Source: Tetramitus jugosus (lineage: Eukaryota > Protista > Heterolobosea). From it: 64,000 nucleotides of DNA. Every line of letters begins with the position of its first letter. The stretch's first letter is position 1. A model generated the notes under the pieces. That model searched no databases, had not been told where the DNA came from, and worked only from the letters and a program-made list of their open reading frames with translations. Where the stretch lies: contig OW569372.1 in NCBI GenBank assembly GCA_937625935.1, positions 414,754-478,753 of the forward strand, written 5' to 3'. Below, in pieces: positions 44,440 through 56,654 of this stretch. Both the position numbers and the translations under genes were made by a program.

Positions 44440-45942
44440 ATGTTCAGCCATCCATCATCCCTAAACCAACCATGGTTTGCCTTTGGAGCTTCCGCCCAAC
44501 CAGCCAATCAACAACAACAACAACAGCCAATCACTGCAGCTCCAATACAACATCCTCTCATGATGAGTTGGCCAATGATGACAACACAACAACAACAACA
44601 CCAATCAATGATAACGACGAGGAATAATAATACTAATAATGAAGAATATCAATCCTTGTTCTCTTCACTCAACTTTATGGATGACCTTTCCAACAACAAT
44701 CTTAATAATACTAATAACAATAATAACATGACACTGACAACAACGAGTGGAACGAGCTCAAGTCGATTACCACTCGGTTCACTCCTGCCCATGATCATTG
44801 ATGAAGTCAATAGTGAAGAAATGGACAAATTTATGGATTTTGCACAAGCAGACTGTATCATCTCTCCATTCCCTGAACTACCATTTGGTGATGAGTTCTT
44901 GTTTGGTGGTGGCAATCACCACTTGTCAACAATGCTCGTGACACCTACTTTGAGCAGTATCATCATACCTGAATCCTCTGGTCCTCTAAAGAGAGCGAGA
45001 CCAGAAGTCGATATAGAAACTTATTTTAATCAAGGTGACGACGATGACAATGATGATGACGACGATGAAGAAGAAGATGACAATGATTTTCACAGTGAAG
45101 ATGGATCAGATTATGAAGAACACGATGATAGTTTCATTAGCTTACAAAAGAGTGATGTTTCATCATCAGATTTGTTGAATAATAGCAGTAGCAGTAGTAG
45201 CTCTGCATCGAAAAACAACAATGGTGTATTGAACATTCTCGAAGGATTAAACTACAAGGCAGACAGTCAAGAAAGACAGAGAGGTGGTCGTGGAAATACG
45301 CAACCATTGCCAAGACACGTCATCTCCATTGAAAGAAATCTCTTGGATGTGTCTCATCAGGATGAAACACTGAGAATGGCTTGTCTGCTCAAAGGTTATG
45401 ACAAGAGTAAGAAGAGTAACACTACCATTACGGAACTCAAGTCTGTCAAGGTTGAATCTAACGCTTCGACCGTATCCTTGATTGATCTAATTGTTCAACA
45501 AACGACGCAGTCACACTGCAGAAAGCCATTCACTGTTGTGTTTAGTTTGCAAACAAATGATGGAGTTGAATTGTCTCGATGTGAAACAAGTCCATTTCAA
45601 ACCATTACCAAGAGAGGCGACGAGAAGAGAGCTCACAAGAAAGTTAGGAAGATTGAGAGCTCTATCGATCGTGTACATCCAAACATCTTCCCCCATAAAG
45701 GAGACACACTGACCAGGATCTACTTTGATTTTATCCCAAAGGTAAAGCTCTCTGATATCAGGGTGTCATTCGGAGAGACCCATTCGCGTGTTTATGCGAT
45801 TGTCCAAGATCAACGTTTCATCATTTGTGAGGTGCCTCCATCGAGTCAAACATCCAGAAATCACCAAATTGTAATTAGAGTATCCTTTGACAAGGGCAAG
45901 ACTTTTATCTCAAGCAAAGCTCAAGGAACATACACTGTATAA
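44440..45942 (+). CDS. Putative transcription factor with a C-terminal IPT/TIG domain preceded by a beta-sandwich DNA-binding-like domain
   Basis: Q/N- and D/E-rich activation-like N-terminus; SPFQTITKRG plus basic linker; IDRVHPN..PHKG...VSFG...IICEVPP...IRVSFD (IPT/TIG). Confidence 0.7.
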   Translation: MFSHPSSLNQPWFAFGASAQPANQQQQQQPITAAPIQHPLMMSWPMMTTQQQQHQSMITTRNNNTNNEEYQSLFSSLNFMDDLSNNNLNNTNNNNNMTLTTTSGTSSSRLPLGSLLPMIIDEVNSEEMDKFMDFAQADCIISPFPELPFGDEFLFGGGNHHLSTMLVTPTLSSIIIPESSGPLKRARPEVDIETYFNQGDDDDNDDDDDEEEDDNDFHSEDGSDYEEHDDSFISLQKSDVSSSDLLNNSSSSSSSASKNNNGVLNILEGLNYKADSQERQRGGRGNTQPLPRHVISIERNLLDVSHQDETLRMACLLKGYDKSKKSNTTITELKSVKVESNASTVSLIDLIVQQTTQSHCRKPFTVVFSLQTNDGVELSRCETSPFQTITKRGDEKRAHKKVRKIESSIDRVHPNIFPHKGDTLTRIYFDFIPKVKLSDIRVSFGETHSRVYAIVQDQRFIICEVPPSSQTSRNHQIVIRVSFDKGKTFISSKAQGTYTV

Positions 45943-46176
45943 ATTCTGTTTTTGTAAATAATACAACTAGATTCAAAAATGAACCCGCTATTTCGATTTG
46001 ACCGTTTGGCAAATCTCCGATGTCCTTGTCAGATTCCACAATGACTCCACCAAAAAAATCATCGATTGTTCCTTCTGCGCCAACAACAGCAAAAAAAATC
46101 AAACAACGATTTTTCGCGTGCATCAACAAAAACTTCCAACAAAAACAACAAAAACAAAATAATAACAACAACAACA

Positions 46177-47052
46177 ATGCACTCATCAACAAAATTATAT
46201 CTCCTTCTCCTAGTCATCACACTATTGATGACTCCATACATTTACTCCAAAGTAGGTGATCCAGCATATTGTAAATCAGAAAAAGTTTGCACAGGAAGAG
46301 ATTCCAAAGCATGCAAGAGAGGAAGCTTAATGAGATTGGTCGTTGAACTCAACAATGATCACAACAATTCTAGATTCTATGGCTTTTGTGTCAAAGTGGA
46401 TCAATTCTCTGTTTTGAACTTGTTTGGAAGTGGATCTTTCATGAATGCATCGGCCAACTCAACAGTTACATTGCATATTGGTGATGATGAGTCGGATGAT
46501 CGTTTTTATATGAATGAAGTATGTAACTATATGTTTGTGTTGGAGAAAAACAATATTTTTTTTCTTCCAAGAAAGAAGAAGCAGAAGAGAAGAAGCTAAC
46601 GAAGGACTCTGCTTTTTTTTTTTCAATCATTTTTTTTGTTGTTGAAATAGGACGGAACAGCAATCGTTTCACAATATACTGCCATTGTCGGATTGAAAAA
46701 GGGACTATTCGCTCGATCCAACTCTAGTTTCTCCAACATTGTTTTTGAGAGTACTTGTAGTCGAAATGTGTGTGTCATGGATCGTAGTGCACCATGCATC
46801 AGAGGAGACGACTGTGGTATTACGTTTGCTTCATTGGCGAGTAAAGATGCAAATACGACTCAAGCCATTCAAGATGTCAAGCTGTATTTGGCATGGGAAG
46901 GAACAGATAGAATCTCTGCTGCTCTGAGAAGTGCTTCTCTGTTGCCTAATCGGTTCTCTGCTTATTCCTTTGCTTCCTATTATCAACAATTGTACAACTC
47001 GATATCCAACAATTTCAAGAATAGAGAGTATGACAATACGGATGATTTGTAA
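46177..47052 (+). CDS. Secreted Cys-containing conserved hypothetical protein; intron 46519-46650
   Basis: Signal peptide. The GT-AG intron joins the two ORFs in frame (NE|DG). C-terminal LYLAWEGTD motif. Confidence 0.75.
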
Positions 47053-47245
47053 GCGAATCATGATTATTAAACAAAACAAGTGTTATTTATTATTATTGTG
47101 CTCACAGCAGATTGATGTCGCAACCAACGATTAGTTTCGTCGTCAGGTCGATGTATTCGGTGTCCCATCCCGATTTTTTGTCCGATATCTTTTGTGTTCG
47201 CACCGAGGAACATGATTTTTTCTTCTGTTGTCTCCAATTCGAATC

Positions 47246-49933
47246 ATGAGAGAAGAAAATAAACACATCCAATCTCCCAATAATTCGCCTGCTACATGCA
47301 TGAGTCATATGTTGTCCAAGATTTCTGCAAAGTACAAACAGGTTGTCCATCACTCTTTCTCTCCACGTGGAGGAGGATCCCCTTCAACATCATCACCCAA
47401 TAATCAACAACATGAACAACAACTACAACAACAATCATTAGTAGCAACAACAACAACAGATGAAGAAGAAGAAAAACAAACAACGAATATGGATGATGAT
47501 AACAATAGCAACCATTCAAATGAACAAGTGGTAGAGGTTGTTGTGGATTCAATGGGAAATATGGCAGTTGATGATCGTTCTGTTGATGACAATGATAACA
47601 ATAACATGAATAATATTTATAATGGTAGTAATAGTAGTAATAGTAGTAGTAATAGTAGTATGATGAATGAAAGTCATAATCGAAAATCAAGTTTAGATCA
47701 TAGTAATAGCAGTAGTAGGAATAGTAGGAGTAGTTCTTGTATAACACGAGGAGAAAAATCGAGAGTTGGATTGACTATTCAAGTCATGTCCATCGAATTC
47801 AAAAAGAGTTTATTGAGTTTGCATTTTGGAATCTATATATCTCCATTTGTCTGTTTTGGTTGTGAAGAAACACAGACGACTGCTCAGTCATCTGTTTCTC
47901 AATACAATTTTACGATATTAGGAGGATCGAATAGTCCCAGTACGATGACTCATCATCACCTTGATGAATATGGACAGAATCGTCATCATCGTAGTAATTC
48001 GAATGTGAGTAGTAGTAGTAGTACGAGTTCTTGTGTGGTTCAGTGGCCTGCAAATGAACATGTGTTTTTACCGATAGAGTTTGATCATCATGAGGATAGT
48101 GAAACGAGTGTGGACGAGTCATCACACACGGGAAACAATGAGCTGCGATCAGATAATAATAATGATCCTACTTCTCGGAGAGAGACTCCGAATTGTAACA
48201 GTACGAGTAATCCAATAGTTGGTGGTAGTGGTGGTAGTAGGGATGATAATCAACGGATTCATGTATCAATAGAGGTTCTACACAGTAGAACATTATTTTC
48301 ATACCATGTCAGTTTAGGGTATGCAGTTTTACCAATTGATTGTCAATTTATGGAGAGAAACAGAGGAAAGATTGTGGGTGTGCCGTTGAGAAGAGAACGC
48401 GAAGTGATAGCAATATTATCACTGAAAATTGATGATCATTACTCGATTTTCTCATCAGATGTCAGAGAAGGAGTATCATCTAGCAAAGACGACACATCAA
48501 TTTCAAATTTGGTTGGTAAAGATAACAGTAGTGATAGTGATGATGAATATATGGAGGCTTCTGGAACTCAAGAGCTGGATCAAAGCTCAACAATGCACAG
48601 GATTCATGAACGAGATTCAATGATGAGCCTTTGTTCTCAGCACAGCGATCAACTACTGACTGAATCAAGGGAGGATAATATATTGCCAGAACCAATGAAA
48701 GATCATAATTCGGAACATTTTGATCACCGTGAATCCAGTATGGAAGAAAGCATATCTCTGAGTCAATCTATAGCTGATAGTCAGGACAAGAGTGAAATGA
48801 GTTTCGAAGAAAGATTTAAGATTAAGAAGCTTATTGGGAAAGGAGGGATGGGAAGCGTATTCCGTGCATTTGATAAGCATAATAACATTGACGTTGCCAT
48901 CAAGAAAATTTACTGCAAGAGTAGTGAGCAGGTGAATAGAGCAATGCGAGAGGTTTGGCCAATACGAACACTCGAGCATGAAAATTTAGTTTCCTGTAAT
49001 GATATCTACTTTGAGGATTGCGTGGATAGAAAGGGAAAACAATTTGCTGTATGTTTAGTAATGGAGTTGTTTTCAAAAGGAGATTTACATCGTCATATCA
49101 ATAAGCGATTAGAGAATAAGAACTATATACCACAAGTAGACTTATTGTTGATGATGAAACAATTAGCAAGTGGTCTTCTGTATCTGCACGATCGGAGTTT
49201 GTTGCATAGAGATTTGAAACCCATGAATATATTTATTTCAGCTCGTGGTACTTTGAAGATTGGAGATTTTGGAATGGTGAAGGATGTACATAAAGCATTG
49301 GCTAGAACTACTGCAGGAACACAGAAGTTTATGGCACCAGAAATATTTTTGAGAGAACCGTACTCGCTGAAGGCTGATGTGTGGAGTTTAGGAGTAACAT
49401 ACTTAGAGATGATGGCTCTGAAGGTTGATATGTTACCTTACTTGGAAATCTATCGAAACAAGTCATTTCATGGAGATCTTGAAGCAGACTTGCTTACTCT
49501 AAAGCTATATGATCGAGAAGTAGTCAATATAATACTTCAATGTCTGACATTGGATCCAACGAATCGACCTTCTGTTTCTCAAATACTTGTTTACATCTCA
49601 AAGTTATTAGGTGAAGAGACTGAGCAACAGATGGAAGAAAAGCCAATGTTATACAAGAGTACATCATCCATCATTTCAAAGACTCTCTCTACAATTGAAT
49701 CTATTGAGCGCCGATTTGGCGATATGGATACAATGATGAAAGATCTCACTGAGTATTTGTCAATGGATCAATTTCGCAAGAGAAGAGCATCTAGCTCTAG
49801 CCAATCTTCCCCAGACGCTTCAGATCGCGTCGACATGGGTGATGAAACACCACCTAGTGGTGAAACCGAGGGAAGGAAACACCGTAGAACAGGAAGTCTT
49901 GGAGACATGTTTACGAGCTTTTTCGGATTTTAG
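47246..49933 (+). CDS. Ser/Thr protein kinase (NEK-like) with a low-complexity N-terminus and a possible split C2-like domain
   Basis: GKGGMG, VAIKK, HRDLKPMN, DFG, GT.KFMAPE, ADVWSLG, RP all intact. Confidence 0.92.
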   Translation: MREENKHIQSPNNSPATCMSHMLSKISAKYKQVVHHSFSPRGGGSPSTSSPNNQQHEQQLQQQSLVATTTTDEEEEKQTTNMDDDNNSNHSNEQVVEVVVDSMGNMAVDDRSVDDNDNNNMNNIYNGSNSSNSSSNSSMMNESHNRKSSLDHSNSSSRNSRSSSCITRGEKSRVGLTIQVMSIEFKKSLLSLHFGIYISPFVCFGCEETQTTAQSSVSQYNFTILGGSNSPSTMTHHHLDEYGQNRHHRSNSNVSSSSSTSSCVVQWPANEHVFLPIEFDHHEDSETSVDESSHTGNNELRSDNNNDPTSRRETPNCNSTSNPIVGGSGGSRDDNQRIHVSIEVLHSRTLFSYHVSLGYAVLPIDCQFMERNRGKIVGVPLRREREVIAILSLKIDDHYSIFSSDVREGVSSSKDDTSISNLVGKDNSSDSDDEYMEASGTQELDQSSTMHRIHERDSMMSLCSQHSDQLLTESREDNILPEPMKDHNSEHFDHRESSMEESISLSQSIADSQDKSEMSFEERFKIKKLIGKGGMGSVFRAFDKHNNIDVAIKKIYCKSSEQVNRAMREVWPIRTLEHENLVSCNDIYFEDCVDRKGKQFAVCLVMELFSKGDLHRHINKRLENKNYIPQVDLLLMMKQLASGLLYLHDRSLLHRDLKPMNIFISARGTLKIGDFGMVKDVHKALARTTAGTQKFMAPEIFLREPYSLKADVWSLGVTYLEMMALKVDMLPYLEIYRNKSFHGDLEADLLTLKLYDREVVNIILQCLTLDPTNRPSVSQILVYISKLLGEETEQQMEEKPMLYKSTSSIISKTLSTIESIERRFGDMDTMMKDLTEYLSMDQFRKRRASSSSQSSPDASDRVDMGDETPPSGETEGRKHRRTGSLGDMFTSFFGF

Positions 49934-50020
49934 ATCCATTGACATGTCAGCTTTCTTTTGGATTTGTTCCATGTTTTTTGTGCTTGACGGCGAACTTGAT
50001 GTTAATAAAGCAATTATTTC

Positions 50021-51742
50021 ATGTTCAGAACTCGACGAACAATTCGTCCCAAAGCAACGATAAACAGACGACAGAAGATAGCTACTCTCATGTACACTGA
50101 AAAGGCTCTTTATGAGCCATTCCTTATCCACGGATCAAATATCCCTTCTTATCAAGCCATTATTGACAGCTTCAGAACAGAATCCAAACAATTGTCACAA
50201 CAGGGACATGATATCGTTGTTGTTACGCACGAGGAAATGATGAAAACAGATGCGCACAGTTGTGAGCACAGTGGTCAAGTTCACATCCTTCTTGCATTGA
50301 ATGCTACACACTTGCTTCCCACAGCATCGAGTAATTACTTTAGTGGGAGATTTATTGACAAAGACAGTGAGATAGTGGTGTACTTGAGATTGCATTTTGG
50401 ATTGTCAAGTGTGTACATCAATAGAATAGATGATAAATCTGTGCATGTACAAGTATTTCAGCCATCAAGACTAAATGACGTTTCACCACAAGACATAGAG
50501 GAAAAGGAACAAAGAGATAAGGGTGGGCATGTTGATTCAGATGATTTCATGTCCCTTCTGAGGGTGGCAATGCAGATGAACCAAAATCGAAATGATTTTG
50601 GTTTGTCGATTCTTCTTCAAAACTCAATTGTTAGTTTCTTTCGGAGGTACACGCATTTCTATTCCCTCTTTGAAGAGGTGAGAAGAACTTTCTCCTGTGG
50701 TGTCCTATCTAAAATTGTGAAGTTGGTACAATCAGAGATTCGTACATGTAATTCAAAGTGTTTGGTATCTGGAAGAACTATTACACCGGGTTTTAGGCCC
50801 GGATTCGTAAACACTATGAAGTACTTGAATAAGGCAAGAAGCTCTGGCTTTGGATTTTCATTATTACGACATTATCTCAAGTATGAGGAACACGTTTTGA
50901 GATACATATTGTTGAGTGTGAGTACGGACAAAGAGGGCCATTTTGCACCATTTCCATGTCTCTATCATGATAAGCAAAAGGAATGGTCTGTTTATGCCTA
51001 TAGCGTGCTAGCCAATTTTGATCAGATTCCAACTCTAAATCATCTAAAAGAACTATTGGAAAAAGACAGTCTTAATGAACTATCGAATGACGCTGTATGT
51101 TTTGCTTCACCCCTTTTTCATTTTTGTATTGAAAAGTTGATTAACTAGTTTTCTCCTTCAGATGAATCAACTGCTATGGTTAGTCTTATCGAACAGAGTT
51201 TATTTGAGTCCAACAACTATACACGACAGCAAAGATATTTTTGGAACCAAAGCAACATTGTATGCATTCCTCTCTGTTGATACCACTTTTGAAGACCGAT
51301 ATGAAAGTTAGTATTACAACTTTAATTTCAAGAATGACAAATTAATAATACTCATGTTTTAATTGTAGAAGTCAAAGGACAACGTAACAAACATACCTCA
51401 CGGTGTGTCGACAAGCTTGTTTTGTTTTATCCTCAGTTCACGGACAACCTCTTCGCAACACTCACGACCATCAGGAAGAATTCATCTGAATTCTTTATGA
51501 GAATGGAAATGAAAACAAATGAACCTCAAAAAGTAGAACCCGAGTTTGCTCTCGTTGTTCAGTACCTCGGGAAAAAGAAGCTAACTGCATGGGAACAAAA
51601 CTATCGTGATGAAGTGGGCTCGCAAGTAGTTGTCCCTCGATTATTTATTTGGTATGAAGAGTACAAGAAGCCTAAGGAAGTAGTTGAAAAGTATCCTAGT
51701 ATTGTTTCCTGGTGCTCTCAATTCAGAGCCACACAATTCTAG
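50021..51742 (+). CDS. Degenerate PARP6/PARP8-like protein; introns 51095-51161 and 51307-51368
   Basis: Spliced product CLVSG..RP...FAPFP...LLWLVLSNR...LFYPQFTDNLFATL...FALVVQY...VVPRLFIWYE parallels the PARP6/8 motif order, but the catalytic HG reads YP. Confidence 0.55.
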
Positions 51743-51966
51743 TCCACACTTAAGATTCGAAATTTCACACCAGCAGTTCGTGCTGAGGACAACCCCGACA
51801 TTTCATAAACTCCATGATCTTTAACAGGGAAGCCAATTGATCAGAGTTAGAAGCTACTGACACCAAACATCGGTTCTCTCTGACTTTTTGTTCTTGACAT
51901 ATCATTTCTATTCTATCATTGTTCAAAGTTTGTTGTCAGGCATCTGTGAGGATGGCAGGACAAAAT

Positions 51967-53556
51967 CTACCAGTACGATTTCAGTTGATAAAATTCTCTG
52001 GTGTAGTGATCCACATATTCTCTAAAACCAATGATGTCGCTCGAGTGTTTCTTCTTCTTCCTCTTGTCCGCCTTGTAGATGGCCTCTAGTGGTCGGAATA
52101 TACTTCCACCCCAGACCAAAGAAATTGCAGGTATGTTCTTCATCAATTTGTCGTCAGTATTCTTTCTTAACGTTTGCTCGCATTCCTGAACTAGTTGGTC
52201 AAATTTCTGACTACCATCTGGAATTAATGTCGGTACATTTCCTTTCACAAATTTGAGTTCATATTGTTCAGCTGTTTGGTGTGCATGACATACCATTTTG
52301 GCGTACTGGAGCCACATCTTGAAGTCTTCCATAATCGTACTGTCGAATTCACCAAACTCTCCGTAAGAATAGTCTATAAACCACTCATCAAATTCATCTT
52401 CGTCTTCCTTTCGATCCGGAATAGTATCGAAGAAATCACTTGAGGTCTTCAAACCATTCTTAACAAGCATGCGAGGAATAGCCTGACATATTGCTAACAG
52501 CATCTTTCTTGATGTCTGAAAAACATATTCTGGATCTGTGTTTATAACAGCCTCACAAGTCAACATGTATCTTCTAGATCGTTGTTTTTCCTTTGTTTTC
52601 CAGTGATCAAGTGGTGTGGCGTCATTTTGACTTCCGGCATCATCAAACCGATCACAAAGAGGAACGATATCTCTATTGGTTCTAGCATATAACTGTAGAA
52701 GTAAAAATCGAGTGTCATCGGTTGTTGCTTTTGGTTCTAACAACTTGATCATCTCATCAGATGTTTCTTGCTTCTCCTGATCAGAAGAACAACTTGCAAG
52801 AGCTTTCTCATAGGACTGGATTGATGGATTCTGCAGAAAGGCAGATACTCGCTGATCAAGCAGCATCTTTGCAACGGATTCATCCTTTGTTTCATCTTGT
52901 TGCATAAAGGTTGCTATGGTACCACCTGCATCATACTTGATTGCAACTTGAGTCCATTGACCAACGCTTGGTACTTGATTGCGTTTGGCTTCCTTCAGAG
53001 AAAGGTACCACAGATAAAACATTTGTTTCAAAAATCCATTTTGCCCCACTCCATTCATATCCTTCCAGGGATGACAACCAAAGTCATCAGTGATACTGCC
53101 TCTCATCTCAATCTTTTTCATGGCTTCAATCTTGCTCAGGATTAGTTCAAACAATTGGAACACATGTTCGAAGTCAGTCTTTTGTTGCAAAACGAGTTTC
53201 ATGGATTCATCGAGGACCACTTGCAGTTTTTCACACAAGTTTTCAACAACTTCCATTCGATCTTCCCAACTGTCATGCCAAGAAGCCCTCGTCATTTGAA
53301 CGATTGATCTGTACACTCTATCCATCATGTTAGAAACAGACACCAGATCAATCTTATTCAAAAGAGTGACTCTCTCAGACAGCACAATATCATGTTGCTT
53401 GAGCTTAGAGATGCCATCAAACACAATATTTTTGGATTGTGGGTTGCGCAGACAGTGCTCAATGATTGAAAGAAGAGATTCCTTGTCCAGTGAAGTCAAC
53501 GTACTGATTGTCTCTGTCACCAGTGCGTCAGGCACTTCAATTTTCTTCGCGTTCAT
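51967..53556 (-). CDS. Hypothetical alpha-helical protein
   Basis: 529-aa uninterrupted ORF; no domain recognised. Confidence 0.7.
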   Translation of the reverse strand: MNAKKIEVPDALVTETISTLTSLDKESLLSIIEHCLRNPQSKNIVFDGISKLKQHDIVLSERVTLLNKIDLVSVSNMMDRVYRSIVQMTRASWHDSWEDRMEVVENLCEKLQVVLDESMKLVLQQKTDFEHVFQLFELILSKIEAMKKIEMRGSITDDFGCHPWKDMNGVGQNGFLKQMFYLWYLSLKEAKRNQVPSVGQWTQVAIKYDAGGTIATFMQQDETKDESVAKMLLDQRVSAFLQNPSIQSYEKALASCSSDQEKQETSDEMIKLLEPKATTDDTRFLLLQLYARTNRDIVPLCDRFDDAGSQNDATPLDHWKTKEKQRSRRYMLTCEAVINTDPEYVFQTSRKMLLAICQAIPRMLVKNGLKTSSDFFDTIPDRKEDEDEFDEWFIDYSYGEFGEFDSTIMEDFKMWLQYAKMVCHAHQTAEQYELKFVKGNVPTLIPDGSQKFDQLVQECEQTLRKNTDDKLMKNIPAISLVWGGSIFRPLEAIYKADKRKKKKHSSDIIGFREYVDHYTREFYQLKSYW

Positions 53557-54297
53557 GATGCTTTCAGTTGTGATCAGAGGATTGGCCTTTATTCTGATTT
53601 ACTCGAAAGTCCGAAATGATATTTTTGTCGTCGCTCTGCTTCTTGGTGGCTTGCGAAAAGGATGATGCACCTGACAGTAAATTGATGACCATCATACCAT
53701 GAGCATATTGCAATTCAAATTCACTGCCTTCATTGCCAGTGCCTTCAATGGAGCAGATCTTTGGCCTTTGCGTATTCGTCAGAACCACCTTGTCCAGATG
53801 CTGTGACGGATACTGACCTGAATTCAATGTTAAATAATGGTGGCAATGTTGTATCTGTACTCGAACGAGCGGATTGGGAGATAGATGGAATATCTTGTTC
53901 AACTTTCTGACTGTCAGCCTCTTCCAACCTATCAAGTAACTCTTGTTTACTTCCATTCTTTTTCAATCCTTAAAGAACAGATCCTTCTCATACACCAACA
54001 ACTTGTGGGACGCAATAAATACTTGATCCAGGGGCCAATTCTCTTCCAATGTTTGGTAGCACCGTTGGAGAAAAGTACTCATTTCCTGACTTAACACTCA
54101 TAATTCGATCTGAAGCACTGGAACTCTGAAAGTTGAAGTGGTATAAAACATCACTAGCTGCGAGCACCAAATTACAGTCAGAGTCTATTCCATTCAGAAC
54201 GAAATTGGAGGGCAGAATCGCAAGTGGTACGGTCACTTTTTTGTCCCTTCCACAGAACAAGAAGGATCAGCAGAACCCTACTCTTGTCAATGGTAAC

Positions 54298-55077
54298 ATG
54301 AGCATTGTTGTAGAGTACGGTGTAGACAAATATACATATACTGATTCTTCCAGTCTTGTAATGTTTCGTTACTTGAAACACTGTTTGAAAACCATTGACA
54401 ATGGGAAACCAAAACTTGAACTCGAAGGTTCGAGTCCAATAAGTGATGTCATGCTTTTGAGCATATCAACTGCTGATCCACTGGAGGAGAACTTTGAGTA
54501 TCTACTGAAGAGAGAGCAAATGTCTTTGGAGAATAGAGTCATTTTTTTGACCAGTAAGGTCATGAACTTGGAGAAATTGATGATGACCAATGCCGACACC
54601 AATCTCGCTCATGCTACGATCGGTGCAAGTATTGTATCACGGGTTCATGTTGGTAATAGCAGATTCGTGTTCGCTGGTTGTCACTTTCCCGACCAAGTTT
54701 GTTCTCAGGTGGTGGTTCTCTATAAATTTCTCTCTGGATTGGGGGAGGTAACTCATGATTCCTTCGCTGATAGTAGTGGAAGACTCTATATTGGACTAAC
54801 CCAACCAACTAAAGTTACCCGCGTCATTGTTGGCTTCCCTAATGCAGTGCATGAAGAGAGAAAATGCAATATTGTATTATACTCAATAGATCTTTCTAGG
54901 AAGGAGGTCATCATGTTTGAAGCAAAAGCATATACCGGGTCAGGAATGCAAGAAATTCAGATAGAGCTACCTGCTTATGTGCAGTATCTGAGATTTACTT
55001 CCGAGAGAAGATCTATTGATCAAAAAACAACTGAACCTTGTGAAATTTCATCATTCCAGGTTTACTCAGATATTTAA
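54298..55077 (+). CDS. Hypothetical protein: short coiled coil plus possible galactose-binding-like (discoidin/F5-8-like) domain
   Basis: LENRV..L..KV..LE coiled coil; LYIGLTQPTKVTRVIV...QYLRFT...EISSFQVY pattern. Confidence 0.55.
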   Translation: MSIVVEYGVDKYTYTDSSSLVMFRYLKHCLKTIDNGKPKLELEGSSPISDVMLLSISTADPLEENFEYLLKREQMSLENRVIFLTSKVMNLEKLMMTNADTNLAHATIGASIVSRVHVGNSRFVFAGCHFPDQVCSQVVVLYKFLSGLGEVTHDSFADSSGRLYIGLTQPTKVTRVIVGFPNAVHEERKCNIVLYSIDLSRKEVIMFEAKAYTGSGMQEIQIELPAYVQYLRFTSERRSIDQKTTEPCEISSFQVYSDI

Positions 55078-56654
55078 TAAACAACGATCGGAGGCCAACA
55101 GCACAAACAACTTGCAATTTTTGTTCTCCCTCCAAAAATTGGACATAGAATTACAGACCACAGAACAACATCACTCTATGACTTCCAAAGAGGAATATGA
55201 AATACCTACCATCAACAGATCAGTTGCTCTCAGGAGACACAGAAAAAAAAGAAAGATCCAGAAATCGAGCTCTCATGTTTTACTGGATTTTTGTTTCTGT
55301 GGCGATTCTTAACCCTGAACAATAAAGGAAAGCCATACCACTCACAGCCAGAAGAGGTGAGCATCTCACCTACACGTACAAGTTCCGACGACTTCGATAT
55401 GCATTTTGCAATCGTCAAAGGGAGTCTATTGAGTTGTTTAGATGTCTCACCTATCAGAATACGACAAGAGTTTCATGCCTTTTCTTTCTCCACAACACGG
55501 AAAAAAATAAATCATGTTACTTTTTAGTTATGGTCACAGCAACCCAACTTAATGAACACATATATTGGCTCTCAGACAATTGAAAATATGAATGCAATGT
55601 GTTATGAAACGGTTTTATGGGGTATATTAGTTCATGTTAATGTCAAGATTTGCAATATATGAGTAATGTTCCACTCTGTGATGATACGATTCAATTTTCT
55701 CAAACTCGGTTGGTATAGATTACACAAGTGCTGCTTTGAAATAGGGACCTAAGACAACAGTATATAGTATTGTCTTCATATCACGTTTATTTTATGTATA
55801 AGAGACATCAATACAGTAACCAGATCATATTCAGTATACTGGATAAGTATTTCTGCAGAAATGACTCCATTTTCGCTTTGTTTCTCAGTGTAACAATCTT
55901 CACCCAAGAAGAGCATTGACGATTTGCCAGTTTAACAACACATATCTGGGTATACATTTCATTTTCATCTATTATACATGGATAACATTCGACAATTCAC
56001 TTTACTTTCATCTTACAGTTCCAAAGCTTCGAACGAGCTGCATTCCTAAGTTCATATTTCCTAATTGCTTGATGCAAATAATGAACCTTCTTCTTTGCAT
56101 TTGGGGTAGCACTTCTCTGATCCTGCTTGTTGGTCACAACTTTGATACTGGCTGCTATTCTTGATAGGCATGTAAACAAGTATTTGGAGACAAGACGAAA
56201 CCAATGAAAATGTGGAGTGTTCAGAAAATCGCGATAAACAACACATCGGCTGCTTCGGAGCTATGCGGCCACAAAAGGAAAAAGAGAAGCATCGGAGAAC
56301 TGCTCACCAACATAGTCGAGTGTATGAACCAATCTTTCTCCTCAATGAGTCAAAGGACACGCCAAAAATGACATGAACAACAATGAAGGCGAACTCTCCA
56401 AAGCTGGAAACTCGAGTTGGGATGTGTGTCGAATGACGGTATCTTTTCTGTTCTTAGTTTGTTAGAGGCCTCCGTGATATCGATTTGTGCCTGCACGATA
56501 TGTCAGGAAGTTGCATTTACGTGCATCTTGGATAGCTGAACCAAATTCCTTTATTTCACAAAATTCATTTGGACCAAATTCGGTCAACCAACTGTTTGCC
56601 CAAAGTTGTTTTCCTCCGAAAACTGGAAAAGCTCAACAAACAAACAGAAAACAA

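Noticed and set aside
53745-53970. SAP-like motif (GLKKNGSKQELLDRLEE) on the - strand, upstream of the 529-aa gene
   Set aside because: It is preceded by an in-frame stop, and I could not build a convincing exon structure linking it to a start codon or to the downstream gene
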